Shown here in pieces: positions 7,503-16,806 of a DNA stretch of 28,565 bases. The notes under the pieces were generated by a model. The model worked only from the letters and a program-made list of their open reading frames with translations. It did not search any database and was not told the origin of the DNA. The stretch is from Candidatus Eiseniibacteriota bacterium (lineage in GTDB: Bacteria; Eisenbacteria; RBG-16-71-46; SZUA-252): the NCBI GenBank assembly GCA_031370645.1, contig JANMQV010000070.1, positions 1-28,565 on the forward strand, given 5' to 3'. Each line of letters opens with the position of its first letter. Within the stretch, counting starts at the first letter, position 1. A program made the translations under genes and the position numbers.

Positions 7503-8263
7503 GACGCGACTCCCGTTTCGAGCGCGTCGCTCGACTCCTCCAACTCCCGGAGCACGACGCGGAAGCGATCGCGAAGCCGCTCGATTTCACGCGTGCGGTC
7601 GCGGTCGAGTTCCATCTGCGGATCTTCGACCAGTTTGTCGCACGTCTGATTCATGAGGCGAAGCCGGTCGCGTAGCTGCAGGAGATCCTTCGCGAACTCC
7701 TTCGCCGGGACCGGAACCTCTCCCCCCTTCGACCACCCCTCGAGCGCGCGGAGCCGTTCCTGAACGCGCGTCAGAACCTGTTCCATCTCCTGCTGATGCT
7801 GGGCGCGGCGCATCTGCTCCGCGGCGTCGACCGGTGAACCGGGCCGCTGCTCCATGACGATCAGCCGCTGAAGTCCGTCGTTCGTCTCGTCCATCTCTCG
7901 GTTCATCACTTGAAGTCGATCTTGTAGCCGGTCGAGGGCTCGAATCCGATCGGGGGTCGCGCCCGGCGACGCTTGGTCGCGAAGCTCGGAGGCGCGCTGC
8001 TCCATGTCGCGGAGTCGGTCGCAGGCGATTCCGAGCCCGATGGCGAGATCCTTGAATCCCTGCTGCGTCTTCATCGCGACGAGCCGCTGGTTCAACTGCT
8101 GCACCTGGGCCTGCAAGCGCATCATGCGGGCCGCCATCTCCTGCATGCGACCTTCGCGCGCCACCTGCATGGCGGGATCGGGCGATGCGCCGGCGCCGCT
8201 TCCAGCGTGGCTGACGGAGGCGGCCAAAAGAAGCGCAACGGCGGCGCTGATAAATGGTTTCAT
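7499..8263 (-). CDS. Secreted alpha-helical hypothetical protein with a two-fold internal repeat
   Basis: SD AAGGAG at 8271-8276 and signal peptide MKPFISAAVALLLAASVSHA. Rich in Q/R/D/M/L, with an ungapped ~100-aa duplication. Confidence 0.8.
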   Translation of the reverse strand: MKPFISAAVALLLAASVSHAGSGAGASPDPAMQVAREGRMQEMAARMMRLQAQVQQLNQRLVAMKTQQGFKDLAIGLGIACDRLRDMEQRASELRDQASPGATPDRIRALDRLQDRLQVMNREMDETNDGLQRLIVMEQRPGSPVDAAEQMRRAQHQQEMEQVLTRVQERLRALEGWSKGGEVPVPAKEFAKDLLQLRDRLRLMNQTCDKLVEDPQMELDRDRTREIERLRDRFRVVLRELEESSDALETGVAS

Positions 8264-8403
8264 GACGTTTCTCCTTCTCGCGGCGGCCCGGCGCGAGCGG
8301 CGGTTCCGCTCCGGAAGTCCGGGCGATGTCGGCGCGATTGACCCGATCAGTATGAGCCGGGGAGAGACGCTGAAATCGTGGTCCGTTGGTACCGCGAGGA
8401 GGG

Positions 8404-10497
8404 CTAGGAGAGGAGCCGGAGGAGGGCCTTCGGGTCGGTTACCGGTTCCTGGCATACGAACTGCTCGCAGACGTAGGCGGTCGGGGCGCCGCCCCGCGCC
8501 GTCTGGGTCGCGATGTGAGGCGCGAGGGCGCGGAGCTCGCCTCCATCGCCATCGGCGGGGCGGAGGAGCACGACCTTGTTCGGCGTGAAGGAGCGTCGCA
8601 CGACGGCCAACAGTTCGAGCAGCCGCGCGTCACCGCGCTCCGCGGCAATGACGACTTCGCGTGACGGTCCGAGCGCGAAGTCGACCGCCATCAAGAGTTG
8701 GGCGTGCGCCGAGGGATGGCGCTCCACCGATCCTGCGAAGGCGCGGATCAGCCGCTCCGCGCGCGCTTCATGCGCCATCTCTCCGGTGAGTCGGGAGAGC
8801 TTCAGTAGCACCAGGGCCGCGACGGAATTTCCCGAAGGTGAGGCGCCGTCGTAGATCTCCTTCGCTCGCGCCAAGAGCGCCTCTCCGTCGTCTCCCGTGA
8901 AGAAATAGCCGCCCTCTCGTTCGTCCGCGAAGCGCTCGTTCATCGCGTCCACCAACCGCTTCGCCGCGGCCAGGAACTCCGATTCGAACGTCGCTTCGTA
9001 GAGCTCGAGATAGCCCCACGCCAGGAAGGCGTAGTCGTCGAGGTAAGCGAGATGCGCCGCCTCGCCGTCCCGCCACCGGGCAAGGAGCCGCCCGTCGCTC
9101 CGCGTTAGTCGGTCGCGCACGAACCCCGCGGCAGCGGCCGCCGCGGCCGCGTAGAGCGGTTCGCCGAGCACCTGCGCCGCGCGCGCCATCGCCGCGATCA
9201 TGAGGCCGTTCCACGAGGTCAGCACCTTGTCGTCGCGATGCGGGCGAACCCGGTGCTCGCGCGCTTCGAGGAGCTTCACCCTCGCGACATCCAGTCGCCG
9301 GGCCAGCGCCGCGGGGTCGAGCCCGAGGCGAAGCGCGGATTCGGCCGGCTCCCCCGCGACATGGAGGATGTTCGTTCCCGTCAATCCGCCGTGACCCGGA
9401 TCGATCCAGTTGCCGCGCTCCTCCACGCCGTAGACCTCGGCGAGGAGCACCGCGTCGTCTTCACCGAGAAGCGCTTTCAGTTCGGTGGCGCTCCAGACGT
9501 AGAACTTCCCCTCTTCCCCCTCGCTGTCGGCGTCCTCGGCGCAGAGGAACGCGCCTTCGGGGCCGGAGAGATCGCGCATCACATAGGTGGCGATCTCGCG
9601 CGCCACCGCGGCGTAGAAGCGGTCGCCGGTCGCCTGCGCGCATTCGAGGTAGGCAAGCAGCAGGAGCGCCTGGTCGTAGAGCATCTTTTCGAAGTGCGGC
9701 ACCTTCCATTCTCGATCGGTGGAGTAGCGGTGGAACCCGAATCCGACCTGATCGTAGATACCGCCGCGGCGCATCGCTTGAAGCGTTCGCTCGACCATGT
9801 CGAGGGCGCGCCCGTCGCCGGAGCGTTTCCACCAGTGGAGAAGGAAGGAGAGTTGGTGGGGCGTCGGGAATTTCGGCGCGCTGCCAAAGCCGCCGAATTC
9901 CTCGTCGAAGCGGCCAAGGAGTTCCTCGAAGCCGCGGAGAAGCACGTCCTGCCCCAACGCCTCCCCGGGGGCGCCGCCGAATTGTTCCCGAACGGCTTCG
10001 GTGATTCGTCCGGCGCCTTCGATCACGCGATCGCGTTCCCCTTCCCAGGCGGAGGCGATTTGCATGAGGAGGTCGCGAAGCCCGGGGCGGCCGAAGCGCG
10101 ATTCCGGAGCGAAGTAGGTACCGGCGTAGAAGGGCTCCTTCTCGGGCGTGAGAAAGAGCGTGAGCGGCCAGCCGCCGCTTCCGGTGAGCGCCTGACAGAC
10201 CGTCATGTAGACGTGATCGACGTCGGGTCGCTCCTCCCGGTCGACTTTGATCGAAACGAAATGTTCGTTCAGAATCTCGGCGATTTCCTCCGACTCGAAC
10301 GACTCGCGCTCCATCACGTGGCACCAGTGGCAGGTGGAGTAGCCGATGGAGAGGAAGATCGGCTTTCCCTCTCCCCGTGCTCGCTCGAAGGCCTCGTCGC
10401 CCCAGGGATGCCAGTCGACGGGATTCTGCGCGTGTTGGAGGAGGTAGGGGCTCTTCTCGCCGGCGAGTCGATTCGCTCGGCCCGTGACGCCGCTCAC
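8404..10497 (-). CDS. yyaL: Thioredoxin-domain protein of the DUF255/YyaL/SSP411 family with a six-hairpin glycosidase-like domain
   Basis: Motifs [65 protein letters not shown]. The GTG at 10497 overlaps the mnmA TGA; the ORF track's extension to 11502 is spurious. Confidence 0.93.
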   Translation of the reverse strand: MSGVTGRANRLAGEKSPYLLQHAQNPVDWHPWGDEAFERARGEGKPIFLSIGYSTCHWCHVMERESFESEEIAEILNEHFVSIKVDREERPDVDHVYMTVCQALTGSGGWPLTLFLTPEKEPFYAGTYFAPESRFGRPGLRDLLMQIASAWEGERDRVIEGAGRITEAVREQFGGAPGEALGQDVLLRGFEELLGRFDEEFGGFGSAPKFPTPHQLSFLLHWWKRSGDGRALDMVERTLQAMRRGGIYDQVGFGFHRYSTDREWKVPHFEKMLYDQALLLLAYLECAQATGDRFYAAVAREIATYVMRDLSGPEGAFLCAEDADSEGEEGKFYVWSATELKALLGEDDAVLLAEVYGVEERGNWIDPGHGGLTGTNILHVAGEPAESALRLGLDPAALARRLDVARVKLLEAREHRVRPHRDDKVLTSWNGLMIAAMARAAQVLGEPLYAAAAAAAAGFVRDRLTRSDGRLLARWRDGEAAHLAYLDDYAFLAWGYLELYEATFESEFLAAAKRLVDAMNERFADEREGGYFFTGDDGEALLARAKEIYDGASPSGNSVAALVLLKLSRLTGEMAHEARAERLIRAFAGSVERHPSAHAQLLMAVDFALGPSREVVIAAERGDARLLELLAVVRRSFTPNKVVLLRPADGDGGELRALAPHIATQTARGGAPTAYVCEQFVCQEPVTDPKALLRLLS

Positions 10498-11633
10498 TCC
10501 GCGTCGGCCTTCGCGATGACGCCGCCCGCCACGACGCGTTCCCCCTCGTAGAGCACGAGGGACTGACCCGGCGTGAGCGCGCGCTGCGGCTCGTCGAATC
10601 GAACGATCGCTTCCCCGGGGCCGCCCGGGAACCAGGTCGCAGCCGCGGGTGGGTGCGCGTAGCGAATCTTCGCGGCGCCGCGAATCGAGGGTGCGTCGTC
10701 CGCCCCTGCCGCCATCGCCGGCGCGGCCACCGGAGTGGGATACGAAACGCGCGTCACGCGCGCCTCCCGGTGATAGAGCGCTTGCTCTGGCCCCACCTCG
10801 ACCGTTCCCGTTTTCGCGTCGATGTTCGTCACATAGAGCGGGATGCCTGCCGCCACCTCTACACCGCGGCGCTGGCCCACGGTGAAGGCGTGAATGCCGT
10901 CGTGCTCGCGCCACTCGCGACCGGATGCGTCCTTCACGGCCCCTCGTGGTGAGGCCGCCAGGCGCTCGGGGAATCGCTCCTTCAGGAAGTCGAGATATCG
11001 CTTCCCCTCGACGAAGCAGATGTCCTGACTCTCGCGCTTGTCGGCCACGCCGAGTCCGAGCTCTCGCGCTCGCTCCCGGACGTCCTCCTTCCGGAGGTGG
11101 CCGATCGGAAAGATCGCCTTCTCCAAGATCGCGGGCGCCAAGCCCCAGAGCACGTACGACTGATCCTTCCCATGATCCGTGGCGCGAAGGAGCGTCGCGC
11201 GCCCCGCGTCGTCCACACCGCGTCGCGCGTAATGGCCGGTCGCCACGTAGTCGCAGCCGAACGTCTCGGCGCGGCGCATCAGCTCGCCGAACTTGAGCCA
11301 GTTGTTGCACTGCACGCAGGGGTTCGGCGTCCGTCCGGCAAGATACTCGCCCACGAAATCCTCGATGACGTGCTCGCGGAATTCTTCCTCGAGATTGAGG
11401 ACGTAGTGCGCGAATCCGAGTCGGCGCGCCGTGGCGCGGCAATCGTCGATGGCGTCGAGCGTGCAGCAGCCGCGGCTCGGGTTCGGGCCGTCGGAATAGC
11501 ACCAGAGCTTCATGGTGACGCCGATGACCGTGTGCCCCGCCTCATGGAGGAGTGCCGCGGTCACGGCGCTGTCCACGCCGCCGCTCATGGCGACGAGAAT
11601 GGTGGAGGGACGGTCGGGAAGGTGATTCATCAT
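10494..11633 (-). CDS. mnmA: tRNA-specific 2-thiouridylase MnmA
   Basis: PP-loop VAMSGGVDS and motifs [45 protein letters not shown]. Start is ATG 11633 or 11630. Confidence 0.97.
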   Translation of the reverse strand: MMNHLPDRPSTILVAMSGGVDSAVTAALLHEAGHTVIGVTMKLWCYSDGPNPSRGCCTLDAIDDCRATARRLGFAHYVLNLEEEFREHVIEDFVGEYLAGRTPNPCVQCNNWLKFGELMRRAETFGCDYVATGHYARRGVDDAGRATLLRATDHGKDQSYVLWGLAPAILEKAIFPIGHLRKEDVRERARELGLGVADKRESQDICFVEGKRYLDFLKERFPERLAASPRGAVKDASGREWREHDGIHAFTVGQRRGVEVAAGIPLYVTNIDAKTGTVEVGPEQALYHREARVTRVSYPTPVAAPAMAAGADDAPSIRGAAKIRYAHPPAAATWFPGGPGEAIVRFDEPQRALTPGQSLVLYEGERVVAGGVIAKADAE

Positions 11634-11644
11634 ATGGACCGCCG

Positions 11645-12805
11645 TCAGGCGGCGAAGGTCGGAGAGCCGGCGCGCAGTTTCTCGACGACGGGAGGAATGA
11701 TTTCCAGAACGCGGTCGATCTCGGCGTCGGTGGTGAAGCGCCCGAGGCTGAAGCGAACGGCGGTCTGCGCGATGACGGCCGGAACTCCCATCGCGAGGAG
11801 CACGTGCGACGGATGCGAGGAGCCCGCCTTGCAGGCGGAGCCGGCCGAGACCGCCACCCCTTTCATGTCGAGCGAGAGGATGAGATGCTCCCCCTCCGCA
11901 CCCTTGAACGAGAGATGCGCCGTGTTGCAGACGCGCGGCGCGCCGTCGCCGTGGCGCACGACCTGGGGAACGGCGGCCATGATGCCCGCCTCCAGCCGGT
12001 CGCGGAGCGCCGTCAAGCGGGGCACCGCCGTCTTCATCTCCTCCTCTGCCACTTCGCACGCGCGGCCGAAGCCGACGATCGCGGGGACGTTCTCGGTCCC
12101 GGCGCGACGCCCGCGCTCGTGTTCTCCGCCGTGAATCAGAGGCGCGAGCCTCAATCCGCGCTGCACGTAGAGCGCGCCGGCTCCCTTCGGCCCGTAGAAC
12201 TTGTGCGCGGTGATCGTCACGAGCGTCGCGTTCCACGCCTTCACGTCGATCGGGTACTTCGCCGCGGCTTGCACGGCGTCGACGTGGAAGGCGATGCCGC
12301 GCGCGGCGCAGAGGGCGCCGATCTCCGTGGTCGGTTGGATGACGCCCGTTTCGTTGTTCGCGGCGATCACGGTAACGAGGATCGTGTCGGGTCGAAACGC
12401 GGCGGCGACGGCTTCAGGCGTCACGCGGCCGTTCGCTTCGGGGGCTACCCGCGTCACTTCAAAGCCCTCACGCTCGAGGGCGTCGCAGGCATGTCGCACC
12501 GCGTCGTGCTCCACGGCGCTCGTCACGACGTGCTTTCCCTTGGCGCTCAACGCGCGGGCGGCGCCGAGTACGCCCATGTTGTCCGATTCGGTTCCGCCGC
12601 TCGTGAAGACGATTTCGCCGGGAGCGGCATTCAACATGGCCGCCACCTGCCCGCGTGCTTCCTCAATCGCCCCCTTCGCCTCCTGCCCGAATGCATGCAC
12701 GCTCGAAGCGTTGCCGTAGCCCTCCCGGAAATAGGGGAGCATGGCGTCGAGCGCCTCGGGACAACAGGGCGTGCTGGCGTTGTAGTCGAGATAGATGCGG
12801 GACAT
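11645..12805 (-). CDS. iscS: Cysteine desulfurase (IscS/NifS group I)
   Basis: Motifs [28 protein letters not shown] lysine in [10 protein letters not shown], and catalytic Cys in SAGSAC. Confidence 0.96.
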   Translation of the reverse strand: MSRIYLDYNASTPCCPEALDAMLPYFREGYGNASSVHAFGQEAKGAIEEARGQVAAMLNAAPGEIVFTSGGTESDNMGVLGAARALSAKGKHVVTSAVEHDAVRHACDALEREGFEVTRVAPEANGRVTPEAVAAAFRPDTILVTVIAANNETGVIQPTTEIGALCAARGIAFHVDAVQAAAKYPIDVKAWNATLVTITAHKFYGPKGAGALYVQRGLRLAPLIHGGEHERGRRAGTENVPAIVGFGRACEVAEEEMKTAVPRLTALRDRLEAGIMAAVPQVVRHGDGAPRVCNTAHLSFKGAEGEHLILSLDMKGVAVSAGSACKAGSSHPSHVLLAMGVPAVIAQTAVRFSLGRFTTDAEIDRVLEIIPPVVEKLRAGSPTFAA

Positions 12806-12852
12806 GGGCGGATCCCCCTGGGAACGCGCGGGCTGGCTTAACCTTATAAGGA

Positions 12853-12895
12853 TATCAAAGAAAGCGGGCCGGGCGCAATCGAGGCGCCCGGCCCG
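12853..12895 (-). terminator. Rho-independent terminator after the cyclophilin gene
   Basis: 12-bp perfect stem CGGGCCGGGCGC (12865-12876) / GCGCCCGGCCCG (12884-12895), followed on the minus strand by CTTTCTTT. Confidence 0.8.
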
Positions 12896-12925
12896 AATGG
12901 TCGATCGAACGTGATGCGGCGACGC

Positions 12926-13801
12926 TTACTTCCCGGCGCCGGTGCCCTTTTCCTTCAGCGAATCGGCCGTGGCCTTCTCCTGCGCCATCTTCGCCTTCAT
13001 CGCCTCACCCTGCTTCTTCGCTTCATCGACCTTCGCGGCCGCGGCAGCCTTCGCCGCGTCCATCTTGGCCGCTTCGCCCGCCTTCGCGGTCGCTGCCGCC
13101 TTCATGGTCTCGTCCTTCTTCGCGAGCCACGCCGCGCGCGGCATGATGCGGACCGACTTCAGGGTGGTCCACTCGAGCGGCTTCGACATCTCGCCGCCCA
13201 TGCCCGGGTTCGGACCGACCGGCGTGTTGGCGATCTGGTCGAGGACGTCGATCCCCTCGAAGACGCGGCCGAACGCCGTGTAGTGGCCGTCGAGGTGCGA
13301 CGCCATGCCGTGCATCATGAAGAACTGCGACCCGGCCGAATTCGGCGTGCCGCTATTCGCCATCGAGAGAACGCCCTTCTCGTGGCGATGGCTATTGAAC
13401 TCGTCCTTGATCTTGTAGCCCGGATCTCCGGTGCCGAGATCGGGAGCCTTCGGATTCTTCGACTTCGGATCGCCGCCCTGAATCATGAAGCCTTTGATGA
13501 TCCGGTGGAATCCGGTGCCGTCGAAGTAGCCCTGACGGGCGAGCTTCTTGAAGTTGGCGACCGTCATCGGCGCTTCCTTCGCCCAGAACTCGACGACCAT
13601 GCGGCCCTTCGAGGTCTCCATCACGGCGACTTCATCGGACGCAGCGCCGGCCTTCCCTTCGGCGGCCTGCGGCGTCGGCGCCTTCGCGGCGGCCGTCTTC
13701 GCCGCGGCTCCGGCCGGCGGATCGGCGGCATACGCCGCGCTCGCGACCAGGAATCCGGCGGCCGTCATTCCCACCACGCCACGAATGGACATCCGAAACA
13801 T
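12926..13801 (-). CDS. Exported cyclophilin-type peptidyl-prolyl cis-trans isomerase
   Basis: Motifs FHRIIKGFMIQGGDP, LSMANSG, GSQFF, HLDGHYTAFGRV. Signal peptide ends AAYA; the tail is Ala/Lys-rich. SD AAGGAGG at 13806-13812. Confidence 0.95.
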   Translation of the reverse strand: MFRMSIRGVVGMTAAGFLVASAAYAADPPAGAAAKTAAAKAPTPQAAEGKAGAASDEVAVMETSKGRMVVEFWAKEAPMTVANFKKLARQGYFDGTGFHRIIKGFMIQGGDPKSKNPKAPDLGTGDPGYKIKDEFNSHRHEKGVLSMANSGTPNSAGSQFFMMHGMASHLDGHYTAFGRVFEGIDVLDQIANTPVGPNPGMGGEMSKPLEWTTLKSVRIMPRAAWLAKKDETMKAAATAKAGEAAKMDAAKAAAAAKVDEAKKQGEAMKAKMAQEKATADSLKEKGTGAGK

Positions 13802-13836
13802 CGATCCTCCTTGCCTTCGGGTCGAATTGCTAATCA

Positions 13837-15099
13837 TCAGTTCGAGTTCTCCTTCGTCTTCAAGAGCCGCACGATTCGGCGCTGACGCTCCAACTCGCGC
13901 TGCGCGCTCTCGGTGTAGGCGGGGTCCACCAGCGCCGCCTCGAAGACCGGTATGGCTTCTTCGTGACGGCCCATCTTGTCGAGGGCCTGCGCCCAGCAGA
14001 ACTTCAAGCAGGCGTTGGCGCTGTCGCTGGCGAGTCCTTCCCGCGCCGCCTCGATGGCCCGCTGGTAACGCGTGGCATCGTAGTAGGCGTAGGCCATGTT
14101 GCAATAAACACCTTTATAGTTCTGCGGGTCCGTCCGAACGACCGCCCGGAAGAGTTCCACCGCGCGATCGGTCTTGTTCGTCTTGGCGTACGCCTGGGCC
14201 AGATAGTAGCGGTCGACGGTCCCGAGCGATTCCCCGAGCGACTCGTAGTGCTTGATCGAGACAGGGTAGCGCTCGAGCTTGAAATTGACCCAGGCGAGCT
14301 GCTTCTTCGCGTCCACGTCGAGCGGAGAAAGCTGGAGCACGCGCTGGCATGCCATGGCGGCTTCCGCGTACAGTCCGCCGCGCGAAGCGGCCGCCGCGAG
14401 CGACCGGACGATTTCGGGATCGCGTGGGTCCAGTTCCGAGGCCTTGTAGAGCGCGGAGACCGCTTCCGCCGACTTCCCTTCCCGTGAGTAGATCTCTCCC
14501 AGTTGGCGATAGACCTGCGCCTCGCGGGTCGGCGAATTCTTCACGTAACGGAGCGTCTGGCGGCAGACGGAGGTCGCCTCGCTGTATTCGGACGCCTCCA
14601 TGAGAGAGCGGGAAAGGGAGATGCGAAGCCCTACGTCTTCCGGGGCGAGCGCCACCGCCTGGCGGTAGGCCGTGGCGGCCTTGTCGAGCTCACCGAGCGC
14701 CAGGTGCGCGTCGCCCAGAGTTCGAAACGCGGAGACCATCTGCGACGAGACGCGCGTGGCGCGCTCCAAGAGCGTGACGGCGTCGGTGTATTGGCCGCGG
14801 CGCATTTGCACCTGCCCCAAGCCCGCCAAGGCGTCCTGATTGTTCGGCTCGCCCTCGAGCGCGAGCCGGAATTCGCGTTCGGCGCCATCGAGCTGCCCAC
14901 GCTGAAGGAGATCGGATCCCGCCGTGACGTGCGCGCGCGCGGCGTTCGGCGCGGGGGAGCCGGCCGTCGCGTTCGTCTGGCCGTTCCCAATTTCCGGAGA
15001 CTCCTGCCTCGAGCCGGCGCAACCGGCGGTCACGAGGAGAAGGAATGTCGCGGTGACGGCTGTGGTGCGGGTGGAGAGTCGCGTGCCACGCTGATGCAT
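13837..15099 (-). CDS. TPR-repeat lipoprotein
   Basis: Lipobox-like LLVTAG-C and multiple 34-aa TPR units (ALAGLGQV, AFRTLGDA, VYRQLGEI). Confidence 0.88.
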   Translation of the reverse strand: MHQRGTRLSTRTTAVTATFLLLVTAGCAGSRQESPEIGNGQTNATAGSPAPNAARAHVTAGSDLLQRGQLDGAEREFRLALEGEPNNQDALAGLGQVQMRRGQYTDAVTLLERATRVSSQMVSAFRTLGDAHLALGELDKAATAYRQAVALAPEDVGLRISLSRSLMEASEYSEATSVCRQTLRYVKNSPTREAQVYRQLGEIYSREGKSAEAVSALYKASELDPRDPEIVRSLAAAASRGGLYAEAAMACQRVLQLSPLDVDAKKQLAWVNFKLERYPVSIKHYESLGESLGTVDRYYLAQAYAKTNKTDRAVELFRAVVRTDPQNYKGVYCNMAYAYYDATRYQRAIEAAREGLASDSANACLKFCWAQALDKMGRHEEAIPVFEAALVDPAYTESAQRELERQRRIVRLLKTKENSN

Positions 15100-15164
15100 A
15101 AGTCGGTGCCTCCCTGGGTGACGCCGCGGCGCCTCGAGCGCCGGGATGGTCGCGGTCGCCGGGG

Positions 15165-16082
15165 TCAGTGCCCCGCGGGGGTCGCCTTCTTCTGCTGATC
15201 GACGTATTCCTGCAAGACCTGAATGCTATTCCGCGCGCTCTCGGCCACGACGGAGAGCGAATCGATGCCGACGACGCGCTGCCAGTAGGTGATCGCCGAC
15301 TGGTAGATCCCCGCGTCGGCAAAGGCCACGCCGAGATTGTAGAGCGCTTCTTGGTTTTCCTTGTCCTGGCGGAGCGCCTTCCGATAGAGCGCGGTCGCTT
15401 CGGGATGGCGTCCTTGGCTGTAATACGCGTTCCCGAGGTTGCAGAGCGCGCGCACGTTCGTCGAGTCGATCGCCAGCGCCTTCTTGTACGAATTGATCGA
15501 TTGGTCGAGCGCGCCGGTTTCGGCCTCGATGAGGCCGACGCTCACGAACGCGTCGGCGACGGGTGGATTCGCGGTGGAGGCGCGCTTGAATTCACCGAGC
15601 GCGTCGTCGCGTTTCCCCATCGTCAGATAGTACGTGCCGAGGTTGTAGTGCGCGGCCGCGTCGTCGGGGTTGATCTTGAGCGCGCGCTGGAAGGCCAATT
15701 TCGCCTCCGCGCTCTTCCGCTGATCCATGTAGACGGCACCGAGGCTCACCCAGCCGGTGGAACTGTTGGGGTCGACTACCGTCATTTTCTTGAAGGCTGC
15801 CCCTGCTTCGTCGTAGCGGTGCGCCCGACGATAGGCCGATCCGAGCGCGAGCCACGAATTGGTGTCCTTGGGCGATTTCTTGGTGAATTCGAGGGCCTGG
15901 TCGATCGTCATCGTACCCGGCGCCGGGCGCGCGACACTCTGCATCGTCGGAGCGGCTCCCCCGGCCGGCGGTTTTTGGGCCGAAGCGGGGTGGGCAAAGA
16001 AAAGGAGCGTGGCCGCGGCCGCGAAACGGGCGGCCCGGAAGTCCCAGCGATCCAGTAACTTGGCTTGGTACATCGAGTTCAT
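15165..16082 (-). CDS. Exported TPR-repeat protein
   Basis: Signal peptide ending PASA-Q and TPR units (AHYNLGTYY, ALCNLGNAY, ALYNLGVAF). Start is ATG 16082 or 16073. Confidence 0.88.
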   Translation of the reverse strand: MNSMYQAKLLDRWDFRAARFAAAATLLFFAHPASAQKPPAGGAAPTMQSVARPAPGTMTIDQALEFTKKSPKDTNSWLALGSAYRRAHRYDEAGAAFKKMTVVDPNSSTGWVSLGAVYMDQRKSAEAKLAFQRALKINPDDAAAHYNLGTYYLTMGKRDDALGEFKRASTANPPVADAFVSVGLIEAETGALDQSINSYKKALAIDSTNVRALCNLGNAYYSQGRHPEATALYRKALRQDKENQEALYNLGVAFADAGIYQSAITYWQRVVGIDSLSVVAESARNSIQVLQEYVDQQKKATPAGH

Positions 16083-16105
16083 TCGTATTCCCCCGGTTGG
16101 TCGAT

Positions 16106-16134
16106 ACGCTATCCACTCCATACCCCGAAGTCAA
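16106..16134 (-). promoter_or_regulatory. Candidate sigma70 promoter for the TPR-TPR-cyclophilin genes
   Basis: TTGACT-N17-TAGCGT on the minus strand, about 24 bp upstream of the start codon. Confidence 0.5.
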
Positions 16135-16203
16135 CGGGCTTCTCCCTTGCGCCCCAAGGGATTGGGAGTGCTCGACCGATGCATAGCCGTTAGGATATCG
16201 GCC

Positions 16204-16806
16204 GTGCGGACCCCCATCTCCATCGTTCTCGTACTCGTGACCTGGTTCGCCCTCGCCGTGGCCGCGGCTTGCGCGGGAGCCATGGCCTCGGCACCCGGCG
16301 CCGCGATCGGCCTGGTGAACTTCGCGCTCACCGTTGGAGCGCTCCTGGCGCTCGTCACCATCCCCGCCTTCCGCGAATGGGCGGCGACCGCGAGCCTTCG
16401 ACCCTGGGTCGCTTATCACCTCGTCCGGTTCGTCGGGCTCGCCTTCCTCGCCTTCGCCGTGGCGGGGCGGCTTCCGGCCGGGTGGGCGACGAAGGCCGCG
16501 TGGGGCGACATCGCCGTCGCGATCGCGGCGGGCTTGGTCGCGATCTTCGTGCTTCCGATCGTGTCGATCCGAAAGTGGCTCGTCCTCTTTGTCTGGAATC
16601 TGCTCGGTTTCGCCGACATCGTGTTCGTCCTCGCCACCGGGATTCCGATCGCGCTCCGCGACGTTCACGCCATGTCGCCCCTTCGGGAGTGGCCCCTCGT
16701 ACTCCTGCCGACCTTCATCGTGCCGCTCATCCTCGTCACGCACGTGCTGATCTTCGTCCGGCTCTTCAAGGGCCGAGAAGCCGCAGCACTTCGACAGACG
16801 CTTTAG
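16204..16806 (+). CDS. Conserved hypothetical integral membrane protein (about 6 TM helices)
   Basis: Several hydrophobic segments and motifs R..G..FL, LP..WA..AAWGD, WNLLGFAD, P.VLLPTFIVP. The GTG start at 16204 is tentative. Confidence 0.75.
   Translation: MRTPISIVLVLVTWFALAVAAACAGAMASAPGAAIGLVNFALTVGALLALVTIPAFREWAATASLRPWVAYHLVRFVGLAFLAFAVAGRLPAGWATKAAWGDIAVAIAAGLVAIFVLPIVSIRKWLVLFVWNLLGFADIVFVLATGIPIALRDVHAMSPLREWPLVLLPTFIVPLILVTHVLIFVRLFKGREAAALRQTL

Noticed and set aside
9238-10551. Long antisense ORFs (this one, and 6396-7382, 11552-12841, 16269-17600, 24491-25513)
   Set aside because: These are shadow ORFs expected in high-GC DNA opposite or overlapping well-supported genes.
10498-11502. 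Apparent 1032-aa fusion or N-terminal extension of the YyaL ORF
   Set aside because: The extension is an Arg-rich alternate frame overlapping mnmA. Family similarity begins at the GTG at 10497.
11634-12236. N-terminal extension of MnmA (580-aa ORF)
   Set aside because: It overlaps iscS in another frame, and the MnmA motifs begin right after 11633.
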